The translations under genes were made by a program, and so were the position numbers. DNA of 63,449 bases, filler included, from Rhabdomonas costata (lineage: Eukaryota): NCBI GenBank assembly GCA_019059605.1. It is 57 parts of 57 records of this genome, joined end to end, with 100 filler letters (N's around TTAATTAATTAA, not from the genome) between each part and the next. Parts side by side here need not be neighbours in the genome. Positions count along the whole stretch, not along the records: positions 59,090 to 60,106 come from JAHMHO010033482.1; positions 60,207 to 61,221 come from JAHMHO010033483.1; positions 61,322 to 62,335 come from JAHMHO010033484.1; positions 62,436 to 63,449 come from JAHMHO010033485.1; 53 more parts are not named here. The stretch is one strand, 5' to 3'. The notes below the pieces were generated by a model that saw only the letters and a program-made list of their open reading frames with translations, was not told where the DNA came from and made no database searches. Of the stretch, positions 60,041 through 63,449 are shown piece after piece (position 1 is the first letter of the stretch; every line of letters starts with the position of its first letter).

Positions 60041-62598
60041 TGCACAACCGACACAGCCCAGGAAAGAAGGAAACAGGAAGCAAAGAAAAAAGAAGCACAC
60101 CAAACCNNNNNNNNNNNNNNNNNNNNNNNNNNNNNNNNNNNNNNNNNNNNTTAATTAATTAANNNNNNNNNNNNNNNNNNNNNNNNNNNNNNNNNNNNNN
60201 NNNNNNTTTTTTGTGGGAGTGAGACAAGAAAATTCAGACCAAAAAAGGACACCCTTGCGACCAGCGCAACGCCGCAAACTTTAACAAAAACGACGGACGG
60301 CACCGTTTCCAAAATCATGCAGAAGCAGTGCTATATTGTGTTTCACGAACCATGCTCGACGCTTTCCTCTTCGCATTCGCACGGGTTCGTAATCTCTCCT
60401 GCGCCTTTCCGCCGCCCCCCCCCCTCCCTGGTGATAGTGAGATCGAAAAGACGATGGTGTTTACTATCACCTTTTATAAGACGACAGGAAACACTATAGT
60501 CTTTTGCGCGTTGCTATCATCGTTCAAAAAGACGATCGCGTTTACTTATCGTCTTTTTTGACTTACGATCGATTGTGAAAGACGATGGCTGCAAAAATGT
60601 TGATAGTGTTTGCTAGTGCGTGTTTTCTGATAGTGTTTGCCATCGTCTTTTTCCTGGCATCCCAAATTGAACACTTTGTTTGTAACATTAATAAAATGTT
60701 AATAAAATGTTGACATCCAAAAACCACCCCTCCTTGAGCAATTTTGCCTTGAGCAATTTTGCCAGGCTGTAGCCCCCACAGTTGTCTGAAAACGCTTTCG
60801 TGCGCAGAAAGGAAGCTGCTCGTTAATGGGTACAATGGGAAAGGGGAGTTTATCCCTTTTAGGGGAGATTTTTTGCGTTGGACTGTGCTGTACAATGCGC
60901 AGATGGAGTGTTGCATGGTGTCAAAGTTCTTTCTCTCCAATACTGCAAAAAAAACAAACCGAACGCAGGAGAAGGGAAATCAGAGTACACTGCACTGTAA
61001 GCACTAGCTAGGAAGCTGTTGCTTTCGCTATTTTAGGGGATCAGCACAAAATATACTCAAATGGAGGCCGAATTTCCTTCGGTTGGTACAAATTGTGCAG
61101 TAACATTTGTTTCCACAAAGAAAACATGTATATTTACTATTTCCAGGCATTTTTCAAAATACTCTGCAGAGTGTTTTTAGTTGAGAGAGTGGCGTGTCTG
61201 CGGTTGGTCTGGAAAGTAGCGNNNNNNNNNNNNNNNNNNNNNNNNNNNNNNNNNNNNNNNNNNNNTTAATTAATTAANNNNNNNNNNNNNNNNNNNNNNN
61301 NNNNNNNNNNNNNNNNNNNNNGGTTTTGTTGCAGTAGCGGGTTTCGACCAGCGGGTATGAAACCGATCCCTCCCCGGACCCTCCCCCGGTATGAGCATAG
61401 CCACCTAAACCCGCGCATTTCTTCGACTTGCATGTCCCTAAACCCTGCCATTTCTTCTGCTATAATTTCTAAATAGAAAGCACAACTCCCTTAAGGGGAA
61501 GGGTCTCGTTTTTGTCGCAAATCCGGAATTCCGGGTTTAATAATCCGGGTTTCAGATTACCCCCCCCCCCTTCCACGGGGGGGGGGGGCCGAGGGACAAT
61601 GCATGTGACGTGTGGAGGAGCTTGACAACTAGAAAGAAGGCAGTGGAGACAGAAGGCGGGAAGTCCCGTGGGAGAGGCGCACGGTCTTGAGGAGGGGTTT
61701 CAGTTTCCCGCCCAGTCTGCTGACGCGCGCAGTGATCGCTCTGCGCTTTTGAGTGAAGCAAGCGCCAATCAGTATCATGGCTGCTGACCAGAAGCCTGTG
61801 TGAGGTAGAGTCCCATGTGCCACACCCCAAGCTTGTCGCTACCTTTCTTAAGCCGGGAAAGTTGAATCCCTCGGCTAAGGTGTTGCTTAGTTGTTCATCT
61901 GCCAACGACGTTTATGTTTAAAGCTTACCCGAAACCCCCCGGTGTTTGAGATTCTATGCCATACTACTCAACAAATTCGAACCATGGGCACACAGCAGAT
62001 CTCATGCATTTGCGTTCTCGAACGTACACCAATAGAAACCGAAGAAGGGGCAAGGTGAGGGAGAAAAGTGTTGTTGTGACCGTAGAGGTAGCAGTGGAGC
62101 ATAGCTCTGGGCTCTCCGTGGCACAGCTCTTGTCCATACTGGCCGGAACGGCGGAGGTTTTCGAACCCTAGCAAAAACAAAGGCACTGTACATTAATGCA
62201 ACACACGTAAAGTGAGCAGGTACGCCGACACAAAACTTTACGAAAACTAGATTCCCGGAATTCCCTAACCCTGACCCAGGCGGCTGAAAGATGTTTCCCA
62301 AAGCATCGCAGCAATTTAAACACAACGCAAGGAAANNNNNNNNNNNNNNNNNNNNNNNNNNNNNNNNNNNNNNNNNNNNTTAATTAATTAANNNNNNNNN
62401 NNNNNNNNNNNNNNNNNNNNNNNNNNNNNNNNNNNGTGTGTTGTTCTCTTACAGATTTTTGTCACTCGACTGGAAGTTGATGTCGTTTTGTAAGTTGAAT
62501 TGACTTTTTATTGAAGCCCTGGTCCTCCGTGCCATTCGTTTTCGAGAATGCACGTCAGCTTTCCACCCAGGTTTTGCACCCAGTCGTTTTCCACCCAG

Positions 62599-62781
62599 GG
62601 TTTGCTGCGGATGTCGCTGCTGAGGAGCTTGTGGTTTGGGTGGACCCGCTGGACGGGACTTACGAGTACAGCGTGGGAAACCTTACGGCCGTGACTACCC
62701 TGATTGGAGTCAGCCGAGGAGGCACGGCCTTCGCTGGAGTTGCTCACCAGCCTTTTGCTGATCCTCCGCAAACGCTTTGGG
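62599..62781 (+). CDS. Exon of an inositol monophosphatase superfamily enzyme (3'(2'),5'-bisphosphate nucleotidase BPNT1/IMPAD1-like)
   Basis: LVVWVDPLDGTYEY..VTTLIGV..G..FAGVAHQPF signature; cacccag|...|gtaccc. Confidence 0.9.
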
Positions 62782-63449
62782 GTACCCGCCCCACCCCCCA
62801 TTCACACTCACACTCACAGTCTGAGCCTGAGCTGTCCCTTTCTCTCTCTCTCTCTCTCTCTGGAGTAGCGCGTGTATTGAGTGATGGTTTGGAAAAAAAA
62901 CAATTCACTGAACTGCGGTGACGCAGTACTGTTTTCTGCAAAGGATGGTTTGGATGGAATATTTCGACTTCGCTTTTAGAGAGAATTTCTGGGATTGTCT
63001 CTATTTTTTCCAGTGTGATTATTCATCATCAGATAAACGTGAACCCATATATGAATTTATGGGTTTCACAGAGAAACACACCACAATACATAGTTTCCCG
63101 TGCGTAACGGTGACGTTATCACCGTATAACAATTCTGTCATAACCAACATGTGAAACGCCTTTGGAACGAGAGCTGTGGAAAATCGATCAATTTTCTGTA
63201 TACGGTGACCAAGTCTGAATTCGCATGCCGCTGAAAGGCTCTTGTATTTGTCTTGGAAAGCTTTCAGCCCCCCTGCTGGGGCACTTGTTGTTTGATCACC
63301 GAGAGCTTCAGGCTGTGCATCCTCCCCCGCCGCAACCACAATGAAAAAAACAGCTGGGGTTGGTTCTGCCCTCACCACAGGCGTAGTGGGGCTTGGCACC
63401 TTTGCGGCTTCGGAGCGGTGTGCACCACACCACCAAACACACCCACCAC

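Noticed and set aside
1016-62434. Regularly spaced TTAATTAATTAA palindrome resembling a repeat array or CRISPR
   Set aside because: Always embedded in N runs; it is an artificial stop linker between contigs
1-63449. Most ORFs in the track, including those ending in XXXX/LIN and those through CA/GT runs
   Set aside because: They read through spacers, introns, microsatellites or antisense of GC-rich exons; no recognisable motifs
63420-63449. C/A-rich 3' and G/T-rich 5' ends on most contigs, suggesting telomeres or terminal repeats
   Set aside because: No fixed unit and present even on the viral-type contig; consistent with low-quality read ends
1-63449. rRNA, tRNA or spliced-leader RNA genes
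   Set aside because: None recognised by eye; a covariance-model search would be needed to exclude them

Overview
This is not a continuous locus. It is about 57 unrelated ~1.0 kb contigs joined by an artificial 100-nt spacer (44 N + TTAATTAATTAA + 44 N), so nothing can be inferred from adjacency across spacers. Most contigs come from an intron-rich eukaryote of ~50% GC, with short GC3-rich exons and GT-AG or apparent GC-AG introns; the RPL15 exons look euglenozoan (euglenid-like; inference). Recognisable exons: RPL15, an M16A insulinase-family peptidase, a calpain-like protease, C2 and PDZ domains, ABCB and ABCG transporters, a GT8 glycosyltransferase, an inositol-monophosphatase-family phosphatase and a NodU/TobZ-type carbamoyltransferase. 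There are also decayed Ty3/gypsy and Merlin/IS1595 transposon fragments. The standout is one very AT-rich, intronless contig (12266-13280) encoding a Mimiviridae-like RNA polymerase subunit RPB7, followed by a mimivirus-style intergenic hairpin and a second ORF: probable giant-virus DNA inside a protist assembly. Also notable are an intronless, gap-free 39-aa helical repeat protein, a dispersed hairpin repeat seen in two contigs, and a TGA at a Cys position of a CxxCxGxG motif. Several inversions put exons of one gene on opposite strands and are most simply amplification (MDA-type) chimeras. All calls are motif recognition by eye; no searches were run.
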